From an uncultured Actinomycetota bacterium (lineage in GTDB: Bacteria; Actinomycetota; Actinomycetes; Mycobacteriales; Pseudonocardiaceae), in the NCBI GenBank assembly GCA_963784265.1, contig CAWAQQ010000011.1:12768-76767 (forward strand): a stretch of 64,000 nucleotides of DNA. The letters run 5' to 3'. Made by a program: the position numbers and the translations under genes. Below are positions 20,731 to 30,777 of this stretch, one piece after another. Each line of letters begins with the position of its first letter. Position 1 is the first letter of the stretch. The notes beneath the pieces were generated by a model. It ran no database searches. It was not told the origin of the DNA and saw only the letters and a program-made list of their open reading frames with translations.

Positions 20731-22184
20731 ATGCCACCCCGGAAGCGCCGCCCGCGCGGGCACATCGAGCAGCTGCCCAGCGGCAGCGTTCCGGGCCGTG
20801 GTCTACGCCGGCATCGACCCGCTGACCCGCAAGCGCGCGCTACCTCGCGCGAGACCGCGCCCGACCTACGACGCCGCCAAGAAGGCGCTCACCAAGCTCC
20901 AGCGCCAGGTCGACGAGGACAAGCACCCGAAGTCCGACGATCACGGTCCGGCAGGCGATCGAGCAGTGGCTCGACGTCGTCGAGCTGGAGGACACGACCC
21001 GCGAGCGCTACGACGACCTGATCCGGCTCTACATCCTGCCGACGTTCGGCGCACCTCCAGGCCGCGAAGCTCGACGCCGAGCTGCTGGAGCGCTTCTACG
21101 CCCGCCTGCACCGCTGCCGCGAGATTGCACCGGCCAGCCTCGCGGCCGGCCACACCTGCCGCCCGCTGAGCACCAGCACCACCCGCAAGGTCCACTACAT
21201 CATCCGCGGTGCCCTCGAACGCGCCGTCCGCTGGCGCCACCTCGGCGTGAACAAGGCCGCGATGGCCGTCGCGCCCTCGGCCGAGCGCACCGAGCCCGAC
21301 CCGCCCAACGCCGACGAGGCCGCGCGCCTGCTGAACGACGCGTGGAGCGACCCGGAGTGGGGCCTGCTGCTCTGGCTGACCATGCTCACCGGCCCGCGCC
21401 GAGGCGAGGTCTCCGCGCTGCGCTGGCGCCACGTCGACTTCGAGCGCGGCCTGCTGTCGATCGTCCGGAGCAACGCTCAGCCGAAGGCCGGCCTCAAGGA
21501 GAAGCACACGAAGACCGGCCAGGCCCGCAAGATCGCCCTCGACGCGCACACGGTCGAGCCTGCTCACGGCGCACCGCGACCTGTGGGCGCAGCGCTGCGC
21601 CGAGCTCGGTGTGCCCGACTCGAGCCTCGACGCCTTCGTCTTCTCCCCCGCCCCCGACGGCTCCGACGCCCTACCTGCCGCGGGCGATCAGCCAGCGCTA
21701 CCGCCGGCTCGCCCTCCGGCTCAAGCTGCGCAGCACCCGCCTGCACTCGCTGCGCCACTACTCCGCCACCGAGCTCGTCGCCGCCGGCGTCGACATCCGC
21801 ACCGTGGCCGGCCGCCTCGGGCACGGCAGCGGCGGCGCGACCACGCTGAAGGTCTACGCGGGCTGGGTCGAACGAGGCCGACCGCCGCGCCGCCGACACG
21901 ATGGCGACGATCGTCCCCCGACCCGTTCCACGCACCGCCGCGCCGCGGGGGCCGTACGAGGTCATCGCCGAGGCCTTGCGCGAGCAGATCCGCACCGGCG
22001 AGCTCAAGCCCGGCGACCAGCTGCCGACGGTCGCCCAACTCGCCGTCGCGAACACCGTCGCCGTCGGACAGCCCACCGCGCGCTGACGCTCCTCAAAGCC
22101 GAAGGCCTTATCGAGGTAACGCGCGGTCGACGGGCCGTTGTCAGTTCGTCACACCGGCCAAGTCCAGGGGCTTGCACAGGCTGA
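20731..22184 (+). CDS. Tyrosine integrase with C-terminal GntR-type winged HTH; multiple frameshifts
   Basis: TGPRRGEVSALRW (R), TKT (K), LHSLRHY (HxxR), LGH, TLKVY (Y); tail PYEVIAEALREQIRTGELKPGDQLPTVAQLA...TAHRALTLLKAEGLI. Confidence 0.9.
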
Positions 22185-22667
22185 TCCGGTTCACTTCCAA
22201 TGGATTCAGACTTCTTCATCTGAACAGGGCTGCGGCATCTCGCTGGCCCCGTTTCTCGCCGACGGCTTCTGGCCAGCCCTTGTCCGGCGCGTGCGACGTT
22301 CGGATGATGGCCCCCGCTGTCCGCCCTGCCACGCCGAGTGCGTACCAATGACAGATTTCAACTTTTGTATGACGACCTACATGTTGCCGACTCCGTCATG
22401 TCGCAAGTGGTGCCGGGAGCAGATCTTGCGAAGGATCTTCCAGCTAAGCACGGTTTCGCGCCCTCCTGACCACGCGCGGCGGCATGCTATGCCTGGGCTC
22501 AATTAGGGTCCAGTCCGGGCGTCGCAATTCTGCCGTCGCCCCTTCGGACTCGATGCGAAGGCCACCCTTGTCGCACAGCCCAGCCAGGGGATGCTCGTCC
22601 ACGACACCTCGTGATGCCAGCGGACGACCCTTGCTATCGCAGCCGCAGGACACCAGGATAGCATCTC

Positions 22668-23512
22668 ATGACGCTCGTCGCGGCTCGGGTCCGCAAAAAT
22701 CGCACTCTGCGCGAACTCGTTATAGCGTCCGATTCGCGAATCAGTGGAGGTGAGTCATGGGACGCCTGCCCCAAGATCGTTCCACTCCCGCGCCCGGCCA
22801 CAGTTATCGCCATGTCCGGCGACGCTGTGGGAGCCTATTCTTTTCTGCTCCAGGCAATCAATACGTGCAATCTTCTCGACGGGCACGTAGTTGGTCGAAC
22901 CGACATTGGCTATCTTGCAAATAAACTACGCGACGTCTTTGCAGACTCTCGCAGCCACGTAGGCGACCTTCCTATGGGTTCTCGGAGCCCCTCAGTCCTT
23001 GCCATCAACGTTGTGATGGTTGGCTGGTCATGGCGCAATCTTCGATTCGAGGGTTACTCGTACAGATTTGCGAGCGAAGGCCGTCTGATCATGACGAGAC
23101 TTGGTGAGCTGGGCGAGCAGCGTGCCTATCCTGCATATCTCTTCGGGGATGCTTCGACCGAAGCACGTAGACGCGTAAAGGCACTTATCCGTGCGCGCGG
23201 ACTACCGATTCCGATGCGCGGCAACTCTGATGCCGAATACATTGCAAGCAGTGCCTCCCTGGATTGGGAGCCGCTCGAAGTTCTTTTGGACATAATCGAA
23301 GATCCGACAGCCAGGACAGTTGGAGGTGTCCGCAGATTACGCGGATCTATCAGTATGGAGAGACGGAGAGCTTCGTGTGGCGCTCGACAAATGGAACAGA
23401 TCATTTCGGAGGTCGCATGGTTCAATCCAACGAACGATTTGATCGGCGAATCATCGAGCTCGTTGACGGAGAGGTTCGAGTGTCGTATTCGGATAGGTCT
23501 ATGACCGGATGA
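22668..23512 (+). CDS. Proteasome beta/HslV-like Ntn-hydrolase (putative Thr protease); frameshift near 23330
   Basis: MTL N-terminus, VIASDSR, PKI, AMSGD, late DP..TVGG; joined to QITRIYQYG...HFGGR. Confidence 0.6.
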
Positions 23513-23956
23513 CACGAAGTGAACGGGATGACAACAGCGGTCTAAACTCGCGACGTTCGCCTCAACGCGACTCACTCCCCTGCGTGCCGACGACCTCGTC
23601 ACGGAGGTCGAAGGACGCCACTTGAGGTCGAGAGAGTTGCTACTGGGGAGATGCAGGGCTGATCGGAGGCCTTGCCCTGCTCTTCCGCGGCTTCTGCCGC
23701 CGGTCAGAAAAGATCGACTCAGCACAGGGACAGTCAGTGATGCCAGCGGGCGGCGGCGTCTCGCTCACCCAGCCCAACTGCCCACGACGAAGGATCCGCG
23801 CTTCACGAAAGGCATAAGATGATCGACGGCGCATCCGACCGACCGGAGCCACCAATCTGCTGGCTGCGCGCCCATAGACCCCGCCACCTGACCGAGCCGC
23901 GACGAAAACGGGCCGTTCGCAGTCAAGATCCCGTTACCGCGTCGAGCAGCCGTTGA

Positions 23957-24715
23957 TCACCGCATCGGCGCCGCGAGATCATCATTGACGGCATCTAGTT
24001 GCACGGAGAGCGCCACACCCTCGCTCAGCCCGGTCATATCGGGGAAAAGATGGTGTGCACTGACGCCCATCACCTCCAGGTCGGGCAGGGCGCGCAGCGC
24101 CTCGGCGCGGGGCATCGAGATCTGCAGCAGTGGGCGCCCCATCCCCACTGAGTGCTCGACGTACTCCTCGAGTGTCAGGTACGGCGTACGCGCGTAGGTG
24201 AAGCGCCCAGCTTGGTTTAGTAGTCGAAGATTCTCGATGGCCGGAGGTGCGACGATCTCGACCCCGAGCTCTGCCGACCACATATCGGCCCTGGTATCGA
24301 GCACCCAGATCGCGACATGGTCGCCTGGATACGGTTCGAGCAGCGACTGTCGGAATGCGAAAAAGGCTGCGATGTAAGGGCTGAGAGACCAGTCGAGTAG
24401 GCGCGTGGGAAGGCCGTGATGCTGACCGAAGGCGAGCAATCGCGCGTCATCGCGCACGATCGATTCCACGACGCCCCGCTCTTCGCAGGATATGCGGAAC
24501 GACTGAAGTATCCGCGTCCACAGCCGCAGCCGCCTCGCCGGGGGCAGCCTGCCGAAGCGGCGGTCGAAGGTCGTAATCAATTCCCAGTCCGCGCTACCGC
24601 AGCCGCGAAAGAGGAAGTCGCCAGATCTGAATCGCTCGGTACCAAAAAGCTCGGGGACGACGTCGTGCTTGTATTGGTCCCACGAAATGAAGTGTAGCCG
24701 CGATATTTTCGCCAT
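23957..24715 (-). CDS. FRG domain protein
   Basis: LFRG, QHHGLPTRLLDWS.SP.IAAFFA, N.RL..Q.G.F, HLFPD. Confidence 0.92.
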   Translation of the reverse strand: MAKISRLHFISWDQYKHDVVPELFGTERFRSGDFLFRGCGSADWELITTFDRRFGRLPPARRLRLWTRILQSFRISCEERGVVESIVRDDARLLAFGQHHGLPTRLLDWSLSPYIAAFFAFRQSLLEPYPGDHVAIWVLDTRADMWSAELGVEIVAPPAIENLRLLNQAGRFTYARTPYLTLEEYVEHSVGMGRPLLQISMPRAEALRALPDLEVMGVSAHHLFPDMTGLSEGVALSVQLDAVNDDLAAPMR

Positions 24716-24721
24716 GGCCGC

Positions 24722-26300
24722 TCACCTTCGCCGGTAGGGGTGGACGGGGTCGGTGCCGACCGGTCTCACGCCCCGGACACTGTTGATGACGCAGGGGTGG
24801 AAGACGTACTCGTCTGCGTTCTTTGTAATGTCGAAGTCGTTGCTGTCGACTGCGGAAAAAAGATCGAATCCTGGCCATCGATGTAACCGAGGAGGCCGTT
24901 CTGCCAGAGCACTGACGAACCCGCGTGCATCCGTCGAAACTCTCGTCAGCGAATTCGTCCATCACCTCGAGGGTAGACCGGGGGAAGCGGTCGACGCTTA
25001 CCGACGCGACTATCTCCTTGAGCTTGTCGCGCAGATTTGCGCGTAATCGGTGTTGCTCAGGTAATAGTCGCCGTACTCGCGTTCCATCGCCTTGACCGGA
25101 ATCATGTCCGCTGCAATTTGGCTGGCGCACTGGGCAAGTTGAGAATCACCGAAACGGCGGCCGGCGTCCGCAACCACCGCACGAAGCCGCTCGGGCTCGA
25201 TTTCAGCACAGCCCAGCTCCTTTTGCGAAGGACCAATTGGGACAGCGAGTTGCCCAGCGAAACTAGATCGCGCGGGATGAGCCGGGTGTGTCTCAGGAGG
25301 TAATGAAACAGCTCCTCGTCCACGCCGCGGCTCTCGTTGTGGATCCAGGTCGAGCCCAGCCATGCCTGGACGGGGTCCGGGGCCCCCGGCGCCATCAGGT
25401 GGTGTCGGGAGCCGCCTCAGCTTCTCCTGCAGCAGGAACCCGACCGCATCGCGGCTCCAGTTCAGTACCCGGATGTGCGGCTCGTCGTGGTAGCGCGGAG
25501 CGTGTTCGGAGCGGTAAATGGACGAAAGCACCAGGTCGCGAACGCAGACCACAACGTGCAGCCTTGATCCAAACTTGCTGTCCCGCAGCAGCTGCATCAC
25601 CTGCAGGAACAGCCCCTCGTGGCAGCGGAGCCAGTAGAGCGGCGCAGCGTTGAAGGTGTCGTCGGCAGCGTCAAGGTAGAAGAACACGGGCGGGCTCGAC
25701 CGAAGCAGGTCGGCGAGCGTGTGCTCAGGTCGTCCCAATCGGGATGCTCGAGGTAGCGGGAGAGGTGGTTGCCGGTGTTGTGCTCGTTGATGATCTCGCG
25801 CAACACGCTATAGATGGAGCGCGGACGCCGGAAATTGCCGATCAGGTGCCCGTACTCGCGCTTGAGCTCGTCGGCATCCTCGTCGCGGACCGAGGAGCGG
25901 AGGTCGCGGGAGGCCAGCAGGTGAGTCGCCAGCGACCGCATGATCGCGCGGCCCCACAGGTACATCCATTTCTCGACGAGGTAGTGCCGAGGAAACCACT
26001 GACGACCTTCACGATCAGCTCGGTCTGGGGCAGTGATTGTTGGGGTGGGTCGGTGTACACCGCATGTGACGAGTCCTGGAAGCTGAACAGTCGGCGCATG
26101 TACACCGTCTTCCCGGCCCCCATCCGACCAACGATCACCCGGACCGAGGCATCGTTGGCGCGGGTGGCTACGGCGCCGAAACCTGGATGGTCGTCGAGCC
26201 GGACGAAGCTGCTCAGCAGCGCGTTGATGTCGGCGCGCGAGCCGTCCGGCGTCCCGAAGGGCCCAGCAGCCTCCATGATCGCATCTTGGCTGTGCCCCAT
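24722..26300 (-). CDS. STAND-like P-loop ATPase (Sll1717/FunZ-like), ~525 aa; several frameshifts
   Basis: Walker A IVGRMGAGKT, Walker B FFYLDAADD, VVCVR sensor, LLRHTRLIPRDLV, C-terminal LWQNGLLGY...YVFHPC; TGA 6 nt before the FRG ATG. Confidence 0.75.
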
Positions 26301-26835
26301 TCGTCCAACTTTCGTCGAAGGCGCGGCTTGTCGCAGGTGTTCTGTCCGGGTGTAGCCATGCGTTGCTGCTCGTCACCGATTCATTGGCCGGTACCGGGCT
26401 ACGACGCAGCGGCGTTGGGTTCCTCACCTCCTAGAGAATCGTCTGCAAGGACGGGTTGAGACGATGGGGTGCACCCCCGCTGCGCGTGGGTTCGCCCTAC
26501 TTGAGACCGCCGTAGCTGGGTCACCCGCCTTGAGGAACCTCTGGACGTGAGTCCGCCGGATGGCCGTCGTTGACGCTGTCGCCGCGCCTGCCCTCCTGTG
26601 TCGCCGGTCGCCTAAAGCCTGGCCCGGCGGCTCGACGGGAAGGCCGTCGCCACCACGACCGCCATCTTCGGTGCGCTGACCAGTGTGAACCCCTCGTCCT
26701 AGCGCTGGTGCCCTCCAGAAACCTCGACAAACGCGAGATCCAGGTGAGCGTTGAGAGCTCGACCCGCCCGGAGTAGATCTTGTGGGCCAGGTCGGCCCGG
26801 TCGGCGGTTAGCCGGCTCGGGTGCCGCGGGCGGGC

Positions 26836-26978
26836 GGGGGTTCGGTCAGGCGTACGCCCAAGTCCGCGGCTGCCCTGACCAGCGAACGACTCCTGGACCG
26901 CCCCGTGCGGGGCTGGCACTCGCCACACTCAACATCAAGGACTTCGCAGACCTCGCCGAGCGCAACGAGCGTCGACTT
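26836..26978 (+). pseudogene. Decayed C-terminal half of a VapC/PIN toxin
   Basis: Across frames: QAYAQVRG, NDSW.A, LALATLNIKDFADLAE; no N-terminal half or antitoxin seen. Confidence 0.55.
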
Positions 26979-27003
26979 CGTGGAATCAATCGTGGAGCGA
27001 ACG
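26979..27003 (+). repeat. Tandem CGTGGA repeat (12-bp period), putative arm-type sites, right
   Basis: CGTGGAATCAAT-CGTGGAGCGAACG. Confidence 0.6.
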
Positions 27004-27094
27004 ACAGCGCTCGGCGGGACGCCGGCGATACGTGCAACGACGAAGAAGCCCTGGTAGGGCGCAGGAGGACCCGCGAGGACCGACGGTCAACCGG

Positions 27095-27152
27095 CCTCCG
27101 GAGGCGGGAGCGTAGGTTCGAATCCTACCGGGGGCACCACGGCCTGACCTGC
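27095..27152 (+). repeat. attR: displaced 3' half of tRNA-Arg plus 13 bp
   Basis: 57/58 identical to 20595-20652, offset exactly 6500 bp. Confidence 0.95.
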
Positions 27153-27238
27153 AGGTTCATCGTGAACTTCGTTGCTTGATCAAGGCGTGCGACGGCAGGA
27201 CCTCGCCGATCACAGCGCCTATCGTCGGTCCCGGACGT

Positions 27239-29038
27239 TCAGGGCGTGACGATCGGGAAGCTCGGGTCAGGATCGTCGGTGAAGCCGGCGATCATGGCGA
27301 AGGTCTTCGGGTCGCCGTCGAACTTCACACCGTCCGGGCTCGCGCCGGCGAGCATCCCCAGAAGCTGGGCCTTGGTCAGGGTGACGACGAGGTCGGCAGG
27401 TGGCGTCCGTGTCGTCGGGTGGTGGGTCAGCACCCCGTTGGACAGATCCATCCGGTAGGTCTCGCCGGTGTCGGTGAAGTGCCAGCGGATCGACGCGGTG
27501 GCGTCCCACGCCCGCTTCCCGTCGATGCGGATGGCGAGGCTGTCGAACAGCTGGGTGATGGTGAGCGCCGAGGCCATCCCGGCCGAGCTGACCATCGCCG
27601 TCACGACCTGGCCGCCGAGCTCCTGCGCGCCGGTCAGGTAGTTGTTGCGCCAGGTGCCGCACTCGGAGCCGTAGCCGAGGCGGGTGAACACGTCGGAGAG
27701 CAGCGCCTTGGCCGCGCCGTGGGAGGGATCGGCGAACACGGCGTGGCTGGCCAGCTCGGCGGCGAAGCGCAGGTCGCCGGAGTCGGCGAATTCCTGCGCC
27801 CGGGCGACGGTGGCCTCGATGCCGCCGATGATCTCGACGTAGCGGCTGGCCGCGGCCTCCGGCGGGTGCTGCCAGAGATGTGCCGGGTTGCCGTCGTACC
27901 AGCCGAGGTAGCGCTGGTAGATCGCCTTGACGTTGTGGCTGACCGAGCCGTAGTACCCGTGGGTGTGCCACGCGGTCTCGAGGGCAGGGGGCATCTCGAT
28001 CAGCTCCGCGATCTCGCTGCCGACGAGACCCTGGTTCATCAGGCGCAGGGTCTGGTCGTGCAGGAACGCGTAGAGGTCGCGCTGCTCGGTCATCAGCGTC
28101 ACGACGTCGTCCGAGCCCCAGGTCGGCCAGTGGTGGGAGGCGAACGCGACGTCGGTGTGGTCGGCGAACAGGTCGATCGCCTCGTTGATGTAGCGCGACC
28201 AGCTGCGTGCGTCGCGGACCTCGGCGCCGCGCAGCGTCAGGATGTTGTGCAGGTTGTGGGTGACGTTCTCGGCGAGGCACAACGCGCGCTTGTCGGGGAA
28301 GTGGAAGTTCATCTCCGACGGGGCCTCGGTGCCGGGGGTGATCTGGAAGTCGATCCGGACCCCGTCGAGCGTCTCCTGTTGGCCGGTGTGGGTGATGTCC
28401 AGCGTGGGTGCGATCAGGCCCACCGCACCCGTGGATGTGCCGGGCCCCAGGCCGACCCCGATGGTGCCGGTCGCGCTGACCGGCAGGCCCATCCCGGTGT
28501 GGTACATGCCGCGTCGCAGCATCGCGACACCGGCGTAGACGTTCTCCGAGACCGCGTGTTCCAGGAAACCGGCCGGCGCGACGATCGGGACGTCGGTGTC
28601 GGCGTCGACCACACCGAGCACACCGCCGAAGTGGTCGATGTGGGAGTGCGTATAGATCACCGCCGTCACCGGCCGCTCGCCGCGGTGCGCGCGATACAGC
28701 GCCAGCCCGGCCGCCGCGACCTCGGCCGACACCGCGGGGTCGATCACGATCACCCCGGCGTCGCCCTCGACCAGGGTCATGTTCGACAGCTCGATGCCAC
28801 GAAGCTGATAGATGCCCTCGGTGACCTCGAACAGTCCCTGGATGGCGGTGAGCTGGCTCTGCCGCCACAGGCTCGGATGGACGGTGTCGGGGCAGTCCCC
28901 GTCCATCGTCCGGGTGTAGACGTCGGCGTCGTACACCACCCGGCCGTCCGCGGCCGTGATCACCCCGGGCTCCAGACGCGCGATCAGGCCGCGGTTCGCG
29001 TTCTCGAAATCGGTTCGGTCCGTCAGATCAGCAGGCAC
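27239..29038 (-). CDS. Alkyl/aryl sulfatase (SdsA family: MBL + dimerisation + SCP2 domains)
   Basis: HPSLWRQ, THSHIDHFGG, TPGTEAPSEM, HNILTLRGA, YYGSVSHN, YLGWYDGNP. Confidence 0.92.
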   Translation of the reverse strand: MPADLTDRTDFENANRGLIARLEPGVITAADGRVVYDADVYTRTMDGDCPDTVHPSLWRQSQLTAIQGLFEVTEGIYQLRGIELSNMTLVEGDAGVIVIDPAVSAEVAAAGLALYRAHRGERPVTAVIYTHSHIDHFGGVLGVVDADTDVPIVAPAGFLEHAVSENVYAGVAMLRRGMYHTGMGLPVSATGTIGVGLGPGTSTGAVGLIAPTLDITHTGQQETLDGVRIDFQITPGTEAPSEMNFHFPDKRALCLAENVTHNLHNILTLRGAEVRDARSWSRYINEAIDLFADHTDVAFASHHWPTWGSDDVVTLMTEQRDLYAFLHDQTLRLMNQGLVGSEIAELIEMPPALETAWHTHGYYGSVSHNVKAIYQRYLGWYDGNPAHLWQHPPEAAASRYVEIIGGIEATVARAQEFADSGDLRFAAELASHAVFADPSHGAAKALLSDVFTRLGYGSECGTWRNNYLTGAQELGGQVVTAMVSSAGMASALTITQLFDSLAIRIDGKRAWDATASIRWHFTDTGETYRMDLSNGVLTHHPTTRTPPADLVVTLTKAQLLGMLAGASPDGVKFDGDPKTFAMIAGFTDDPDPSFPIVTP

Positions 29039-29104
29039 GCTGCCCCCTCCACGTCACGCGAGCCCGGTACGGATGGACCGTCGCAAGACTCCACGAGGGA
29101 CGGC

Positions 29105-29123
29105 CTCACCTGGAGAGGGTGAG
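29105..29123. promoter_or_regulatory. CTCACC-N7-GGTGAG inverted repeat, possible regulator site
   Basis: Perfect 6-bp arms in the divergent intergenic region. Confidence 0.3.
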
Positions 29124-29257
29124 AGCACCAGCGAGGGCACCAGCGCTCGATGGCGCTTCGAGAACCACGTCGGCCGCGTCACCGCGCGGAGAATGCTGGC
29201 GTCCCGCGCCGCCCCCGTGTTTCCTGTTCACGCTGCCCAGCGACAAGGGGTTCCGAG

Positions 29258-30158
29258 ATGACTGCCGTCCCCGAGCAGCCGGGACAGGCCCGGCGGAGCG
29301 TGCTCGTCCGCTACCCGCTCGTCTGCTTCTTCGTGATGGCCTACGCCTTCACCTGGATCGTCACGTCCCCGTGGACACTCGGTGCGACTGGTGCCGGGCT
29401 GCTTCCGGTCGACCTCGGTGCTCTGGCATCGGGCCTGCTGCTCGCCGCTCGGCATCCTCGCCGGCCCGACCCTCGCCGCGATCATCGTGACGGCGGCGAC
29501 CGAGGGGCGGGCGGGCGTTCGCAGGCTGCTCGGCAGGCTCGTGTTGTGGCGGGTCGGCGTTCGCTGGTACCTGTTCGCGCTCGTCGGCGTACCCCTGATC
29601 ATGCTGGTCGGCTTCGTGGTCTACGTGATGGCCCCGCCAGATCTGGGCGCGCTCGGCGGGCCCGCCTTCGCGGTGACCTATCTCGTCGGGTTCGTCCTGA
29701 CGATGGTCCTGGGCGGACCGCTGTTCGAGGAGATCGGCTGGCGCGGCTTCGCGCTGCCCCGCCTGCAGCGCATGCACGGGCCGCTGGCCGCGTCCCTCAT
29801 CCTCGGTGTCCTGTGGGCGTTCTGGCACCTGCCCCAGTTCCTGGTCCCCACGTGGGCCGCGTCGTCGGGTGGCGGTGGCATCTCGGGGATCGCCGTGTTC
29901 GTCCTCGCCGCGGTGGCGTTCAGCGTCGTGATCAGCTGGGTGTTCAACAACACGCGTGCGAGCCTGCTCATCGTGGTACTGGTTCATACGTCGATCGACG
30001 CCTTCGCCGGCGTGATGGGCACCGTCTATCCCGCTGCTGCGACCAGCGCGTGGCCGATGATCATCGGATTCGGTGCCGTGGCTGTCGCGCTGGTCGTCGT
30101 GACGCGCGGCCGGCTGAGCTACGACCGGCTGCAGGATGCGCCGTCCGACCGCGGGTGA
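29258..30158 (+). CDS. CPBP/Abi (CAAX) intramembrane metalloprotease; frameshift near 29440
   Basis: EEIGWRGF, WAFWHLP, VLVH motifs; multi-TM. Confidence 0.88.
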
Positions 30159-30286
30159 CCTCGAAGTAGCAACGAGGTGCCGGACCCTGCTCCGGGGCCG
30201 TGCATCTGAAGGTGCGGCGCGCGAACGGGTGCGGCTCCGACGTTCACCGGTTCCGCCACGAGAGTCCCGCGCTGCGTGATGCCGGC

Positions 30287-30777
30287 TCAGGTGCCGGCTG
30301 ATCCGGGGGTCCGGGACGACGGCTCGGGCCGGGGCATGCGCCCGAACTTCACGCCGAACGCGACGACCAGCGGGAGCCCCGACAGCGGGATCAGCACCTG
30401 CCGCCACGGCCAGCCGTCGCCGTCCAGCGCGGCGCGCTGCGGCTCGCGCGGGTCGACGACCGCGTGGACGGCGTCACCGACCTGGAGGTCCTTGCGCGGC
30501 GTGGCCACCGGAACGAGGTCATGGTCACCCCCGCGATCCCAGCGTGGCCCGGTCGGCCTTACCCCAGGAGGTGTGGCTCACCGCGACGACGGTGGCCGGG
30601 CGGGTCTCGCCGCGCATCCCGAGCAGGTGCGCGTCCCACGCCGCCGAGCCCGACAGCTGCAGCAGGAACAGCGCCGCAGCGAGGGCACTGACCCGGACGA
30701 GCATGGCGACGACCCGTCGGGCGGAACCCGTGGTCCCGGTCCCCGACGGATCGTCCCCGGCGTCGATAGCCGGTCAC
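30287..30777 (-). CDS. Two-TM membrane protein (DUF3592-like); frameshifted
   Basis: TM - beta domain (LQVGDAVHAVVDPREP) - TM; start overlaps the upstream stop. Confidence 0.45.

Larger units (their letters stand above)
20595..27152. mobile_element. 6.5-kb integrative genomic island in tRNA-Arg(CCG)
   Basis: 58-bp direct repeat (1 mismatch) at 20595-20652 and 27095-27152; adjacent integrase; lower-GC cargo. Confidence 0.92.

Noticed and set aside
22185-22667. Low-GC spacer with short ORFs (e.g. 22138-22506)
   Set aside because: No recognisable motif, RBS or repeat; possibly a gene remnant but unsupported
23513-23956. Possible ncRNA or small ORF between the convergent island genes
   Set aside because: Only short hairpins; no recognisable retron msr/msd, array or RNA family, and no reverse transcriptase nearby
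26420-26436. Strong AGGAGGTGAGGA Shine-Dalgarno-like run upstream of the ATPase
   Set aside because: No properly spaced start codon with a credible ORF; cannot be resolved given the indel noise
27095-27139. Second tRNA-like sequence
   Set aside because: Lacks the 5' acceptor strand and D-arm; it is the attR duplication
29258-30158. 'Abi' family protease as a phage-defence gene
   Set aside because: CPBP/CAAX proteases are generic membrane proteases; this one is outside the att-bounded island and has host-like GC
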